64,000 nt of DNA from Acidobacteriota bacterium (GTDB taxonomy: Bacteria > Acidobacteriota > Blastocatellia > Chloracidobacteriales > JADJPF01). The translations under genes were made by a program, and so were the position numbers. Below, one piece after another: positions 48,502 through 58,977 of the stretch. The stretch spans positions 15,810 to 79,809 of the forward strand of contig JAFLBC010000021.1 of NCBI GenBank assembly GCA_017303955.1, read 5' to 3'. Numbering within the stretch: the first letter of the stretch is position 1; each line of letters opens with the position of its first letter. A model generated the notes under the pieces. That model did not search any database and was not told where the DNA came from. It was given only the letters and a program-made list of their open reading frames with translations.

Positions 48502-49542
48502 TTAATCTCCTATAGATCCAATACTATCTAAAGGCCAATAGCGAAATATTGCTTTACCATAAATATATTTCTCTGGTACTAGTCCCCATGCACGACTGTC
48601 ATTAGAAGCATCCCGATTATCTCCCATTACAAAATAATGGTGTTCATCAACTATCCAATAACGATTGGGTATTACATTAGATGTATATTCGGCAGAAAGA
48701 TAAGGCTCAGGTACATAACTATTATTAATGTATAATTTACCGTTAGTAATACGGATTTCATCCCCAGGCACACCTATTACTCTTTTAATAAATGATTGAC
48801 TTGGGTTTTTTGGATACCAAAAAACTACTATATCTCCTCTATTTATTGACTCAAATTGGTAAATAAATTTATTAATAAAAATCCGTTCTCCATCATGTAA
48901 CTTAGGCAACATACTTGTGCCTTCTACTTTTACTGGTTGAATAACAAAAATAACTATCATTAATGCAACAGTAGCAGCAAAAAGAAAATCCCTAGTTAAA
49001 GATTTAGCCTCACTAAACCAAACTTTAGAACTAGGAGTTTCTTTGTCTAAATTTACTAACTCTATTTGTAAATCATCTGTAGGTAAAAAACCTTTTAGAG
49101 GAGTATTTTTATTAGGGCGAATATAAAGACTTGGCATTGATAACTTTTGTTTTTTAATTGCTTTTTGACTAGAAATAAACAAATCTTCTTTTGTGCTTTC
49201 TTTTAAGGTCAGGGCTATCTGATTATTGATTGTTTGGTTTTCTAACATAGCCTTGCCTAGGGCATCAGCTTCATCTATTTCTGTTATTGGCAATGCTTTA
49301 TCTAAAACTATTTTATCTGCTAATAAATTTATAGGTTGATCTAATAAACAAGTTGCTGATTGCAGATCTGTTAAAGGTATTTCAATTATATTAGAATTAG
49401 TTGTAGATAATACACTTTGAGCATTTTCACTATCTATGTTATTTTTAAGTAAGTTATCGTGTGTAGTAGGATTATGTTTTTCTGTTTCTAAAGTTGGTTG
49501 AAGGTTGTTTTTAACTTGAGTAGTTAGATCTCTATTTTCCAT
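48502..49542 (-). CDS. lepB: Signal peptidase I (S26) with long N-terminal extension
   Basis: Catalytic Ser box GTSMLP, Lys box, and GDNRDASNDSRAWG box, in canonical S26A order. Confidence 0.8.
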   Translation of the reverse strand: MENRDLTTQVKNNLQPTLETEKHNPTTHDNLLKNNIDSENAQSVLSTTNSNIIEIPLTDLQSATCLLDQPINLLADKIVLDKALPITEIDEADALGKAMLENQTINNQIALTLKESTKEDLFISSQKAIKKQKLSMPSLYIRPNKNTPLKGFLPTDDLQIELVNLDKETPSSKVWFSEAKSLTRDFLFAATVALMIVIFVIQPVKVEGTSMLPKLHDGERIFINKFIYQFESINRGDIVVFWYPKNPSQSFIKRVIGVPGDEIRITNGKLYINNSYVPEPYLSAEYTSNVIPNRYWIVDEHHYFVMGDNRDASNDSRAWGLVPEKYIYGKAIFRYWPLDSIGSIGD

Positions 49543-49830
49543 AAAATTTTGTTTATTTGAATTTTTAATAATTTGTATTGCTATTTGAAATTTTCTTTGG
49601 CTACAAAATTATAACCTAAATATACTTAGAGCAAAATAATTCTATTGCCTAATAAGTTAGATAAGAAAATTTTGTTTCAAAAAATTTTTGATTTTTTAAG
49701 AACTAAAGCTAATCTTAAAATTATATGGATAATTTAAGCGATTAAGCTCTTGACAGAAAGTAAATAAACAAACTATCTTTACTGCTTCTGTTTTCAACAT
49801 ACAAATTCTTAACCTAAGTGGAGAAAAACC

Positions 49831-50040
49831 TTGAAAGAGAAAATTCATCCTCAATACAATGTAATTACTGTTAGTTGTTCTTGTGGAGAACAATTTCAAA
49901 CTAAATCAACCAAAAAAGAATTAAGACTAGAAATTTGTTCTGCTTGTCACCCTTTTTATACTGGCAAACAAAAGCTAATTGATACTGCTGGGCGTGTAGA
50001 TAGATTTAACAAGAAATACGCACGCGCTATGCAAAAATAA
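49831..50040 (+). CDS. rpmE: 50S ribosomal protein L31 (TTG start)
   Basis: [26 protein letters not shown]...[12 protein letters not shown]...[10 protein letters not shown] is the L31 Zn-ribbon signature. TTG start with a GGAGAAAAACC RBS. Confidence 0.85.
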   Translation: MKEKIHPQYNVITVSCSCGEQFQTKSTKKELRLEICSACHPFYTGKQKLIDTAGRVDRFNKKYARAMQK

Positions 50041-50246
50041 GTTACTATAAGCGAGGTTGGAACTGGTGAAATACACGAGAGGAAAAATAAATTAATGTCC
50101 ACTCATCCAACCAAACTAAGCTATATACACTAGCTAACTAAAAACCACAATATTAGTCTTAAGTAAAATGCTACTTTGATAGCGTTACTTAGCTCTAGTG
50201 TTGTGGTTTTTGCTTTTTAGTTAAGTTTTTTGCAAAGGGAAATTTT

Positions 50247-51344
50247 ATGAAAGAAGAAGAAATTATTGTTGGTGGACAAGCTGTTATTGAGGGTGTAATG
50301 ATGCGTGTGCCAAATGCTTATGCTGTGGCTGTACGCCGTCCCGATGGAGAGATAGTTAGCTTACAAGAAAAACTTCCTCAACATAATATAAAATTCCCTT
50401 TGTTAAAGTTACCTATAGTTAGAGGTAGCGTTACTTTAATACATTCAATGTTACTTGGGGTTAAAGCCTTAACATTTAGTGCTAATGTAGCAATTGAAGC
50501 CGAAGAAATAGCAGCAGGTAAAACGCCAACAAAGAATACTCAAACTACAATTTTTGCTATTTTGCCTGCAATTGGGTTTAATTTACTGATTTTTGTCTTT
50601 CTACCATTGTTTTTAACAAATCTGATTTTTTTAATGGCACGTGGGGAAAATTTTGAGAAATACCATCAACAAAATTTAATAAACAACCATCAAAGCATTG
50701 AAAGCCCAAACAACACAGGTACTTGGCAAAATAAAGCTTATGAAACGCTAGAAAAAGTAAAATTTTATGTTCGACCCGTTAGACCATCTCTACTTTTTAA
50801 CTTAGTAGATGGTGTAATTCGTATGTTGTTATTTTTAAGTTTTATTACTTTGATTTCTCGAATGGATGATATTAAAAGAGTCTTTCAATATCATGGGGCA
50901 GAACATAAGGTTGTTTATAATTGGGAATCTGGCAAAGCCTTAACTGTTGAAAACGCTCGTTGTCAACCACGTCAACATCCTCGCTGTGGTACATCATTCT
51001 TAATGATTGTTATGTTAGTAAGTATTATTACTTTTTCTGTTATTAAATTTGACACTTTTTTGTTGAATTTTCTAGCTAGAATTTTTTTAATTCCTTTAGT
51101 TGCAGGAGTTTCTTATGAATTTATTCGTTTTTCTGCCCGATGTTTAGCAAACAAAGATGGAAATCTAAAAACTAAAAATGTTTTAGCTGTAGCGTTATTT
51201 CAATTTTTAACTGCTCCAGGGCTTTGGCTACAAAATATTACTACTCAAGAGCCATCTGATGATCAATTGGAAGTAGCTATTTATGCCTTAAAAAAAGCCT
51301 TAGAAGTAGAAAATCCAACTACTCTACAATTAGCCGCGGATTGA
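50247..51344 (+). CDS. DUF1385 (YqhQ-like) membrane-associated protein
   Basis: GGQAVIEGVMMR N-terminal motif and an HGAEHK motif. Conserved location between rpmE and prfA. Confidence 0.7.
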   Translation: MKEEEIIVGGQAVIEGVMMRVPNAYAVAVRRPDGEIVSLQEKLPQHNIKFPLLKLPIVRGSVTLIHSMLLGVKALTFSANVAIEAEEIAAGKTPTKNTQTTIFAILPAIGFNLLIFVFLPLFLTNLIFLMARGENFEKYHQQNLINNHQSIESPNNTGTWQNKAYETLEKVKFYVRPVRPSLLFNLVDGVIRMLLFLSFITLISRMDDIKRVFQYHGAEHKVVYNWESGKALTVENARCQPRQHPRCGTSFLMIVMLVSIITFSVIKFDTFLLNFLARIFLIPLVAGVSYEFIRFSARCLANKDGNLKTKNVLAVALFQFLTAPGLWLQNITTQEPSDDQLEVAIYALKKALEVENPTTLQLAAD

Positions 51345-51411
51345 TATTAGAAAGCTAAAACACTCAACGGATTGCTTAATAAAATTTACTTGAGATTATA
51401 GAGGCAAAGTT

Positions 51412-52488
51412 ATGTTTGAAAAATTAGCGTCAATAGAAAATAAATATGAAGAATTAGCTCAACAAATGAGCGACCAAGAAATTTTGTCTGACCCTAGTCG
51501 TTACACAAAAATTGCTAAACAACATCGTGACTTAACAGAAGTTGTTAATAAATATCGTATTTATAAAACTTCTTTAGATGAATTGGAACAAGCCAATGAA
51601 CTCTTAAAAGAGTCTGACGATCCAGAAATGCTAGCCTTAGCTAGAGAAGAAGTTGCTAGTGTAGAAAAAAAACTTTCTCAAACAGAAGAAGAATTAAAAG
51701 TATTACTACTACCAAAAGACCCAAATGATGATAAAAACGTGTTGTTAGAAGTTCGTGCTGGCACAGGTGGCGACGAAGCTGCGCTTTTTGCAGCAGAAAT
51801 TTTACGTATGTATGCCCGTTATGCTGAACGTCAAGGATGGAAGCTAACAGTTTTAGATTCTTCTGAAACAGGTATTGGGGGGCTTAAAGAAGCTGTAGCA
51901 ATGATTGAAGGCGATAAAGTTTATTCTAAGCTTAAACATGAATCAGGTGTTCATCGTGTTCAACGTGTTCCACAAACGGAAAGCTCTGGGCGTATTCATA
52001 CTTCTGCTGTAACAGTTGCTGTTTTACCTGAAGCAGAAGACGTTGATGTTCATATAGATATGAAAGATCTAAGAATTGATACTTTTTGCTCTTCTGGGCC
52101 AGGGGGTCAATCAGTAAATACTACATATTCTGCTGTAAGACTTACTCATATTCCTACTAACACCGTAGTTTCTTGTCAGGATGAAAAATCTCAAATTAAA
52201 AATAGAGAAAAAGCTATGCGAGTTCTACGCTCTCGTTTGTTAGAAGTTGAGCGACAAAAACAACAAGATGCAATCTCTGCTGAAAGAAAGCAACAAGTTG
52301 GCTCAGGTGATCGTAGCGAGAAAATTCGTACCTATAATTTTAAGGATAACCGAGTTTCAGACCATCGAATTGGTTACACTGTTCATCAATTGGATATGTT
52401 TATGGATGGAGAAATCGGAGATCTAATCCAAGCACTTATTACTTATTATCAAGCAGAAAAACTACGTCAACAAGCTGAAGCAGCCTAA
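51412..52488 (+). CDS. prfA: Peptide chain release factor 1
   Basis: GGQ motif ([12 protein letters not shown]). RF1-type recognition loop [17 protein letters not shown] (P-x-T class). Confidence 0.9.
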   Translation: MFEKLASIENKYEELAQQMSDQEILSDPSRYTKIAKQHRDLTEVVNKYRIYKTSLDELEQANELLKESDDPEMLALAREEVASVEKKLSQTEEELKVLLLPKDPNDDKNVLLEVRAGTGGDEAALFAAEILRMYARYAERQGWKLTVLDSSETGIGGLKEAVAMIEGDKVYSKLKHESGVHRVQRVPQTESSGRIHTSAVTVAVLPEAEDVDVHIDMKDLRIDTFCSSGPGGQSVNTTYSAVRLTHIPTNTVVSCQDEKSQIKNREKAMRVLRSRLLEVERQKQQDAISAERKQQVGSGDRSEKIRTYNFKDNRVSDHRIGYTVHQLDMFMDGEIGDLIQALITYYQAEKLRQQAEAA

Positions 52489-52582
52489 ACAAATTAATAT
52501 AAATGTTTAGAAATTGGCTAAAAGCTGTGTAAAGTATTTAGGCAATTTTAAGTATTCATACTTGTAAGCTATGCTAAAGAAT

Positions 52583-52611
52583 AAAACCTGCTAACACAGG
52601 TTTTATTTTTT
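52583..52611 (+). terminator. Rho-independent terminator after prfA
   Basis: aaaacctg-ctaaca-caggtttt hairpin, then ATTTTTTTAT. Confidence 0.7.
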
Positions 52612-52739
52612 TATAAAAAAGGCAAAATTATCTAAAATTTACACTTTCGCCAGTAAATTTCCAAACTTGTAAATAAGTGATTAAGTCTAATGAGGCAAAT
52701 GAGCAAACCAATAAGAAAAAATTTAGGAGGCTCGAAAAG

Positions 52740-53975
52740 ATGCGCTTAATTATTTGCTTTTTTTTATTATTTTTAACTTTAACTTGGAGCAATGTTGCTT
52801 TAGCTCAAACTCAAACAAACACACCTGCTACAACTCAAGCCAATCCTAGGATTTTAGGCGAAGTGAAAGAAATTAATAAACAACAAAACTATTTAACAAT
52901 TAAAACTCCTAATGGAGAATTTCGCGTTAATGTAGCAAGTAATGTTGTTTGTAAACGTGTTGCTCCTGATGCAAAAACTCTGGATGGAGCAGAAGAAATT
53001 ACTTTTACTGATATTATGGCTGGAGATCGTGTCTGGGCTAGAAATACTACTGCCGAAACTACACCAAATTCAGTACAAGCTAAACAACTTGTTTTAATGA
53101 GTGCTACTTCTATTGCTGAGCGTAATCGCCAAGAAAGAGATAGTTGGCAACGTAGGGGCGTTGTTGGTGAAATTACTGAGATAAATTCAACTACCAAAGA
53201 AGCTACAGTGAAGTTAAGAAATGGAAGCACTATGGTAGTAACAGTTACCCCTCAAGCAGATGTTCGCCGCTATCCCCCAGGATCAGTTGAGTTTACAGAT
53301 TCTAAACCAATAAGTTTTGAAGAAATTAAAATAGGGGACACTATTTTTGGACGTGGTGAGCGTAGCGAAGATGGAAAGAATTTTCGTGCAGAAATGCTAA
53401 TTACAGGTGATGTTCCTCGTCCAACTTTTGGGCAAATTGTTTCTATCAACTTAGAAAAACAAGAAATTATAGTAAGAGGCCAAGGACAAGAAACCCTCAT
53501 ACAAGTAACTGCACAAACTCTTCTACGTAATATGCCAGAAAATCTAGGTGGCCCAGCGGCTACAGACCCAAATAGACCTCCAAGAACAAATAACCCAGAT
53601 CAAACTAATCAAACTAATCAAACTAACCAAGCTAACCAAGCTAACCAAGCTAACCAAGCTAACCAAGCTAACCAAGCTAACCAAGCTAATGCTACTGGGC
53701 AAAGTCCAAATCCTGCTCGTCGGGAAGGTTTTCAAGGTGGGCGAGGTGGTATGTTTAACCCTAATGAAATGATAGAAAGACTACGTAATGCACCAGCAAT
53801 ACAATTAACAGATCTAAAAGCAGGAGAATTTATTGTTGTTAACGGGCCAAAACTAGAAGATGGTAAATCTATTAAGGCTTTATTTTTGGTTAAATTACGC
53901 ATTCCTACCAATAATCAAAATACCCCCGCAATTAGTCCTAATGGCGGTGGCTTTGGGGAAATAGGGCCACAATAA
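52740..53975 (+). CDS. Secreted protein with internal (NQT)3(NQA)7 tripeptide repeat
   Basis: Signal peptide MRLIICFFLLFLTLTWSNVALA after an AGGAGG RBS; the ORF opens at 52677. Two similar roughly 110-aa beta-rich halves. A repeat-encoded low-complexity linker. Confidence 0.5.
   Translation: MRLIICFFLLFLTLTWSNVALAQTQTNTPATTQANPRILGEVKEINKQQNYLTIKTPNGEFRVNVASNVVCKRVAPDAKTLDGAEEITFTDIMAGDRVWARNTTAETTPNSVQAKQLVLMSATSIAERNRQERDSWQRRGVVGEITEINSTTKEATVKLRNGSTMVVTVTPQADVRRYPPGSVEFTDSKPISFEEIKIGDTIFGRGERSEDGKNFRAEMLITGDVPRPTFGQIVSINLEKQEIIVRGQGQETLIQVTAQTLLRNMPENLGGPAATDPNRPPRTNNPDQTNQTNQTNQANQANQANQANQANQANQANATGQSPNPARREGFQGGRGGMFNPNEMIERLRNAPAIQLTDLKAGEFIVVNGPKLEDGKSIKALFLVKLRIPTNNQNTPAISPNGGGFGEIGPQ
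53601..53690 (+). repeat. Ten tandem copies of a 9-bp unit (caaactaat/caagctaac) inside a CDS
   Basis: Direct reading gives 3x caaactaa[t/c] then 7x caagctaa[c/t], in frame, encoding NQTNQTNQTNQANQANQ.... Confidence 0.9.
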
Positions 53976-53987
53976 AGGGGGTTAAAA

Positions 53988-56933
53988 ATGAAAAAATTAA
54001 GTAAATGGAAAAGAGAATTTTTCCTAAATTGCTGTTTAGAAATTGCTAGGTTAGTTGGTATGGTTGGGCTTACTTTTTGTTTAGTTTCCACAAGTTATGC
54101 ACAATCTAAGCAAAATACTAAGTTAAAAGGACAGGTTTTAGATGAATCTGGGGCAAGTTTAGCTGGTGCAGAAGTTACATTAACTGAGGTTAATGGTAAA
54201 ACTACTCAAACTGTTTCTTCTGAAAAAGGAGACTTTGAATTTTCAAGAGTTGATTTTGGTACTTACACTCTAACTGTTTATGTACCAGGCTTTACTGTTT
54301 ATGAAAGTTCAACTTTTAGCGTTGGAAATACTTCTCTTACACCTTTAGAAGTTCGTCTTGCTGTAGCTGCTGTAACAGAACAAGTTACAGTAGATTCTAG
54401 CTCTCCTGTTAGTCTTTCTTCAGAAAATAATGCTACAGCAATAGTATTAAAAGAAAAAGATTTAGAATCGTTACCAGAAGATCCAGATGAACTAGCTAGC
54501 GCGTTACAAGAATTAGCAGGCCCGGCTGCTGGCCCAAATGGAGCGCAACTTTTTGTTGATGGTTTTAACGGTCTTCGTGTTCCTCCAAAAGGCTCTATTA
54601 GGGAAATTCGTATTAATTCTAATCCTTTTTCTGCTGAATATGACCGTCTTGGTTTTGGGCGAATTGAAATTTTAACTAAGCCTGGACTTGATAAATTACA
54701 TGGTGAAACTTTCTTTAATTTTAATGATGAAAGTCTTAATGCTCGCAATGCTTTTGCTCCTTTTCGCGCACCGCTTCAAATAAGACGTTTTGGAGGTAAT
54801 TTATCTGGAGCAATTAAGCCTAAAAAAGCTTCATTTTTCTTGGATTTTGAACGTCGAGAAACAGACGAAAATACTTCAATTAATGCCACTATTTTAGATA
54901 ACAACCTTTTTGCTGTTCCTTTTTCTGATGTAATCTTAACTCCTCAAAGGTTTACTACTTTTTCAACTCGTGTAGATTATCAACTAGATCAAAAGACTAC
55001 TCTTGTAGGACGTTATAGCTTTACAGATATTAGTAGACAAAATCAAGGAATAGGTAATTTTGCTTTAGATTCTCGCGGTTTTGATAGCACGATTCGTAAT
55101 AATATACTAAACTTTACTGCCACAACAATTATTAGTCCTAAAGTCATTAATGAAATACGTTTGCAGATGACTCGGCAATCATCTACAAGTCAAGGGGATA
55201 ATTCCACGCCTTCGCTTAATGTTTTAGGGGCATTTTCTGGAGGTGGCGCGCAAGTAGGGCTTAATCGTCGAACAGAAGATAGTTTTGAGTTACAAGATTA
55301 TATTTCTTATGCCTTAAGTACTCATACCTTAAAAACAGGTGTAAGGCTTCGTGGAACTAGAATAACTACCAGCAACACAGAAAATTTTGGAGGAAGCTAT
55401 AGTTTTGCTGGTGATGTTAATCGTGATCCAATTACAGGATTACCCGTAGGTGGGACAATTACTAGTTTAGAGCATTTTCGCCGTACTTTATTGGGTTTGC
55501 CTGGTTATCGTCCTTCTCAATTTTCTGTTAATTCAGGAGATCCTTTTGTTTCTGTCAATCAATATGATGTAGGGCTTTTTGTACAGGATGAATGGAAAGC
55601 AAAACAAAATCTAACGGTTTCTTTGGGCCTACGTTATGAAGCACAAACAAATCTAAATGCAAAATATAATTTTGCTCCACGCATTGCTGTTGCTTATGCT
55701 CCTCGTTCAGGTGCCAACAATTCAGCCAACAAGCTAGCAACTGTAATTCGCGGAGGTTTTGGCATTTTTTATGATCGGTTTAGTGAGGGTTTTACTTTAG
55801 AATCCCGTCGCTTAGATGGAAATCATATTACCCAATTTATCGCTACTAATCCTGACTTTTTTCCAAATATTCCTGATCTTTCTAGTTTGACAGCATTAAG
55901 ACCTATTCGCCGTCAAATTGAGCCTAATTTGGAATCTCCTTATGTAATGCAATTTGCTTTAGGAGTGGAACAACAACTTCCTTATCAATTAGTTACAACG
56001 GTAAATTACTTATTTGCTCGTGGTAATCACTTACTGCGCTCACGTAATATAAACGCTCCATTGCCAGGTACTTTTACTGGTATTCCTGGGTCAGGCATTC
56101 GCCCACTAGGAAATATTGGAGATATTTATCTTTATGAAGCAAGTGGGATTTCTAAAATGCACCAACTACGAGTTGGACTTTCACGTCGATTAGGGCGGGT
56201 TAGTTTCTTTTCTAGTTATGCTTATACAAAAGCTGATACTGATGCAAATGGAGCAAATGATTTTCCTGCTAATAGTTTTAATCTAGCTCCTGAATATGGA
56301 ACAAGTTCTTTACAAGTAAGCCATCAAGTATTTTTAGGTAGTACAATCACCGCACCTTATGGAATTAGAGTCAATCCTTTTTTAATAATTCGTTCAGGTC
56401 GTCCATTTGATATTACCACTGGGCGAGACAATAATGGGGATACTCGTTTTACTGATCGCCCCTCTTTAGTTGCACCAGGAACACCTGGCAGTATTACAAC
56501 AGAATTTGGCACTTTTAACCCAAACCCTAGACCTGGTGAGCAAATTATCACACCAAATTTAGGTGATGGGCCAGGTTTTGCATCCTTAAACTTGTCTTTA
56601 AGTCGCACTTTTAGCTTTGGTACTAAGCAAGCTGATGCAAATACTCAAGTTAGTGGCGGTGGAGGCCCAGTTGCAGGTGGTTTTGGTGGTGTGGCAGGTC
56701 GTGGAGGCCCGGGTGGTGGACGTGGTGGCGGTGGACGTGGCCCAGGTGGATTTGGTGATGCAGGAGATGGTAATAAACGCTTTAATATGGTACTTACATT
56801 TAGAGCCTCTAATTTATTTAATCGTACTAACTTAGGGGGTTTTACAGGTTCTCTAGGTTCACCAATTTTTGGGACTGCTAATTTTGCTAGTGAAGCAAGA
56901 CGAATTGAAATGCAGATGCGCTTCCGCTTCTAA
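53988..56933 (+). CDS. Carboxypeptidase-regulatory-like domain + TonB-dependent-receptor-like outer-membrane beta-barrel protein
   Basis: Signal peptide. N-terminal CarbopepD_reg-like Ig domain (KLKGQVLDESGASLAGAEVTLTEVNGKTTQTVSSEKGDFEFSRVDFGTYTL). Long beta-strand-rich body. C-terminal aromatic residue (…RFRF). Gly-rich insert GGGGPVAGGFGGVAGRGGPGGGRGGGGRGPGG near the C-terminus. Confidence 0.65.
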   Translation: MKKLSKWKREFFLNCCLEIARLVGMVGLTFCLVSTSYAQSKQNTKLKGQVLDESGASLAGAEVTLTEVNGKTTQTVSSEKGDFEFSRVDFGTYTLTVYVPGFTVYESSTFSVGNTSLTPLEVRLAVAAVTEQVTVDSSSPVSLSSENNATAIVLKEKDLESLPEDPDELASALQELAGPAAGPNGAQLFVDGFNGLRVPPKGSIREIRINSNPFSAEYDRLGFGRIEILTKPGLDKLHGETFFNFNDESLNARNAFAPFRAPLQIRRFGGNLSGAIKPKKASFFLDFERRETDENTSINATILDNNLFAVPFSDVILTPQRFTTFSTRVDYQLDQKTTLVGRYSFTDISRQNQGIGNFALDSRGFDSTIRNNILNFTATTIISPKVINEIRLQMTRQSSTSQGDNSTPSLNVLGAFSGGGAQVGLNRRTEDSFELQDYISYALSTHTLKTGVRLRGTRITTSNTENFGGSYSFAGDVNRDPITGLPVGGTITSLEHFRRTLLGLPGYRPSQFSVNSGDPFVSVNQYDVGLFVQDEWKAKQNLTVSLGLRYEAQTNLNAKYNFAPRIAVAYAPRSGANNSANKLATVIRGGFGIFYDRFSEGFTLESRRLDGNHITQFIATNPDFFPNIPDLSSLTALRPIRRQIEPNLESPYVMQFALGVEQQLPYQLVTTVNYLFARGNHLLRSRNINAPLPGTFTGIPGSGIRPLGNIGDIYLYEASGISKMHQLRVGLSRRLGRVSFFSSYAYTKADTDANGANDFPANSFNLAPEYGTSSLQVSHQVFLGSTITAPYGIRVNPFLIIRSGRPFDITTGRDNNGDTRFTDRPSLVAPGTPGSITTEFGTFNPNPRPGEQIITPNLGDGPGFASLNLSLSRTFSFGTKQADANTQVSGGGGPVAGGFGGVAGRGGPGGGRGGGGRGPGGFGDAGDGNKRFNMVLTFRASNLFNRTNLGGFTGSLGSPIFGTANFASEARRIEMQMRFRF

Positions 56934-56961
56934 TAAGTTTTACTGGGTTTCTTAACTTAAA

Positions 56962-56993
56962 ATAGCCAGACTAAAACTAGTCTGGCTATTTTG
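56962..56993 (+). terminator. Rho-independent terminator
   Basis: aatagccagact-aaaac-tagtctggctatt hairpin followed by TTGTTTATTG. Confidence 0.7.
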
Positions 56994-57159
56994 TTTATTG
57001 TCTACTTTTTAACAAGGAGATTACAGCCCATTTTTCTTATTTCAAACTTACGTTAAGTAAATACTGCAAATACACTTAAGTTTATTAGATTGTTGTTTAA
57101 GTTATATATGTTAAAATGGGTCGTCTGCAAAATAGTAAAATATTGAGAAAAGACAAATT

Positions 57160-57612
57160 ATGCAAATAATTGAAATAAATGAAGTTACAAAAATACTACA
57201 AACTGCAATTTCTCCTGTAGTTTTAGTTTCAGGTGTTGGGTTATTAGTACTTTCTATGACAAATCGATTTGCTAGAACTACGGATCGCGCTAGGGCTTTA
57301 GCAAGGGAGATTGAGGAGAAAAATATTGCTACAGATGATGTAAATAACTTAAAAGCTCAAATAGGAATACTTTATAAGCGTTCAAAAATACTAATGTTTT
57401 CTATTAGTTTTGCTATTACTAGTATATTTTTTGTTTCTTTATTAATAATAGCTCTATTTTCTGCCTCCACATTAGGGCTACATATTAACATTATAATAAC
57501 AATTTTTTTTGTACTTAGCCTTATTTCTTTAACTATTTCCTTAGTTTTATTTATTAAAGAGATAAGTTTATCTCTAAAAGCATTAAAACTAGAAATCAAA
57601 GAGCTTTTATAA
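57160..57612 (+). CDS. DUF2721-like membrane protein
   Basis: N-terminal ...ISPVVLVSGVGLLVLSMTNRFARTTDRARALARE..., two further TM helices and a C-terminal amphipathic helix. Confidence 0.55.
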   Translation: MQIIEINEVTKILQTAISPVVLVSGVGLLVLSMTNRFARTTDRARALAREIEEKNIATDDVNNLKAQIGILYKRSKILMFSISFAITSIFFVSLLIIALFSASTLGLHINIIITIFFVLSLISLTISLVLFIKEISLSLKALKLEIKELL

Positions 57613-57642
57613 TAGGTGATTTCTAGTTTTAGATGGCTTTCT

Positions 57643-58941
57643 TTAACGACCTACACCAACATAATCAAAGCCTAATTTGCGGATATAGTTGGGATCATAA
57701 ATATTGCGTAAGTCAGCAATTGCAGGCTGTTTCATCAATAGTTTAACTTTTTCTAGGTCAAGTTTGCGGTATTGGTTCCATTCTGTAAGAAAAACTAGTA
57801 GATCTGCATCAGTTGCAGTTTCATAGGCATCATTGCAAAACTTAACTTTTGGAAGTAAAGTAGCCGCCTCGCTCATTGCTACAGGGTCATTAGCTTTGAC
57901 ATTAACACCTAGTTCTAAAAGTTCATTTACAACTGCAATACTAGGGGATTCTCTGATGTCATTAGTATTAGGTTTAAAAGCTAATCCTAAAACTCCAATA
58001 GTTTTATCTTTAGGATTGCCAAGCATGGTTTTAATTTTACTTACCATTAAATCTTTTTGACGTTCATTAACTTCAATTACAGAACGGACAATTTTGAAAT
58101 CGCACTCTACACGATTAGCTAAATGTAGCAAAGCACGAGTATCTTTAGGAAAACAAGAGCCTCCAAAACCTGGGCCAGGATGAAGAAATTCTGGGCCAAT
58201 ACGTTTATCTAAACCCATAGCACGGGCAACATTATAAACATCACAACCTAAACGGTCACAAAGCATAGCAATTTCATTAATAAAAGAAATTTTAGTAGCT
58301 AAAAACGCATTAGAAGCATACTTAATTAATTCTGCTGTTTCTATGCTAGTTATTACAAACGGAATATCAATTAAGTAAAGTGGGCTGTATAAATCTTTTA
58401 GAATTGCAACTGCTTGTGGGTCAGAGCAGCCAATTACAATTCGGTCAGGGTGCATAAAGTCTTCAATAGCAGCACCTTCACGTAAAAATTCAGGGTTAGA
58501 AGCAACAGAGAAATGACTTTCTGATTGAGAGTTTTCTGTAATTATTCTTTTAACTAAAGCTCCTGTACCTGCTGGAACAGTGCTTTTGGTGACAATTACT
58601 TTATAACCGTTTAGATGTTTACCAATTTCTGCTGCTACTTCGGCAACTTGGGAGAGGTCTGCATCGCCATCTTCACGCGCAGGAGTACCAACGGCAATAA
58701 AGATTACTAAAGATTTTTTTACTGCTTCTGCTAAATTTGTAGTAAAGCTTAAGCGGCCTTCCTTAAAACCTTTATTAATAACTACATCTAGTCCAGGTTC
58801 ATAAATAGTTGGTTCACCAGCCATTAATCTATTTATTTTGTTTTCGTCTTTGTCAACACAAGTAACATTAACTCCAAACTCAGCAAAACAAGCTCCTGTC
58901 ACTAAACCAACATAGCCTGTTCCAATAATTGCGATATTCAT
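57643..58941 (-). CDS. ugd: UDP-glucose 6-dehydrogenase family protein
   Basis: N-terminal Rossmann motif MNIAIIGTGYVGLVTGACFAEFG. Catalytic Cys context GFGGSCFPKD. C-terminal UDP-binding domain. Confidence 0.85.
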   Translation of the reverse strand: MNIAIIGTGYVGLVTGACFAEFGVNVTCVDKDENKINRLMAGEPTIYEPGLDVVINKGFKEGRLSFTTNLAEAVKKSLVIFIAVGTPAREDGDADLSQVAEVAAEIGKHLNGYKVIVTKSTVPAGTGALVKRIITENSQSESHFSVASNPEFLREGAAIEDFMHPDRIVIGCSDPQAVAILKDLYSPLYLIDIPFVITSIETAELIKYASNAFLATKISFINEIAMLCDRLGCDVYNVARAMGLDKRIGPEFLHPGPGFGGSCFPKDTRALLHLANRVECDFKIVRSVIEVNERQKDLMVSKIKTMLGNPKDKTIGVLGLAFKPNTNDIRESPSIAVVNELLELGVNVKANDPVAMSEAATLLPKVKFCNDAYETATDADLLVFLTEWNQYRKLDLEKVKLLMKQPAIADLRNIYDPNYIRKLGFDYVGVGR

Positions 58942-58977
58942 AAATTTTCCTTGTCAATAAAATTTGGTTTGTAAGTT

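Noticed and set aside
49696-49899. 67-aa minus-strand ORF overlapping the rpmE start
   Set aside because: It overlaps the well-supported L31 gene and its promoter, has no RBS, and its composition is consistent with a chance ORF.
51940-52000. RF1 recognition tripeptide reads P-Q-T instead of P-A/V-T
   Set aside because: The middle residue of the PxT motif is variable among RF1 proteins, and the GGQ and surrounding loops are intact. This is not evidence of altered stop-codon reading.
56640-56770. Gly-rich GGGGPVAGGFGGVAGRGGPGGGRGGGGRGPGG segment as a possible separate gene or repeat
   Set aside because: It is in frame inside the 981-aa outer-membrane protein. Flexible Gly-rich loops are common in this protein class.
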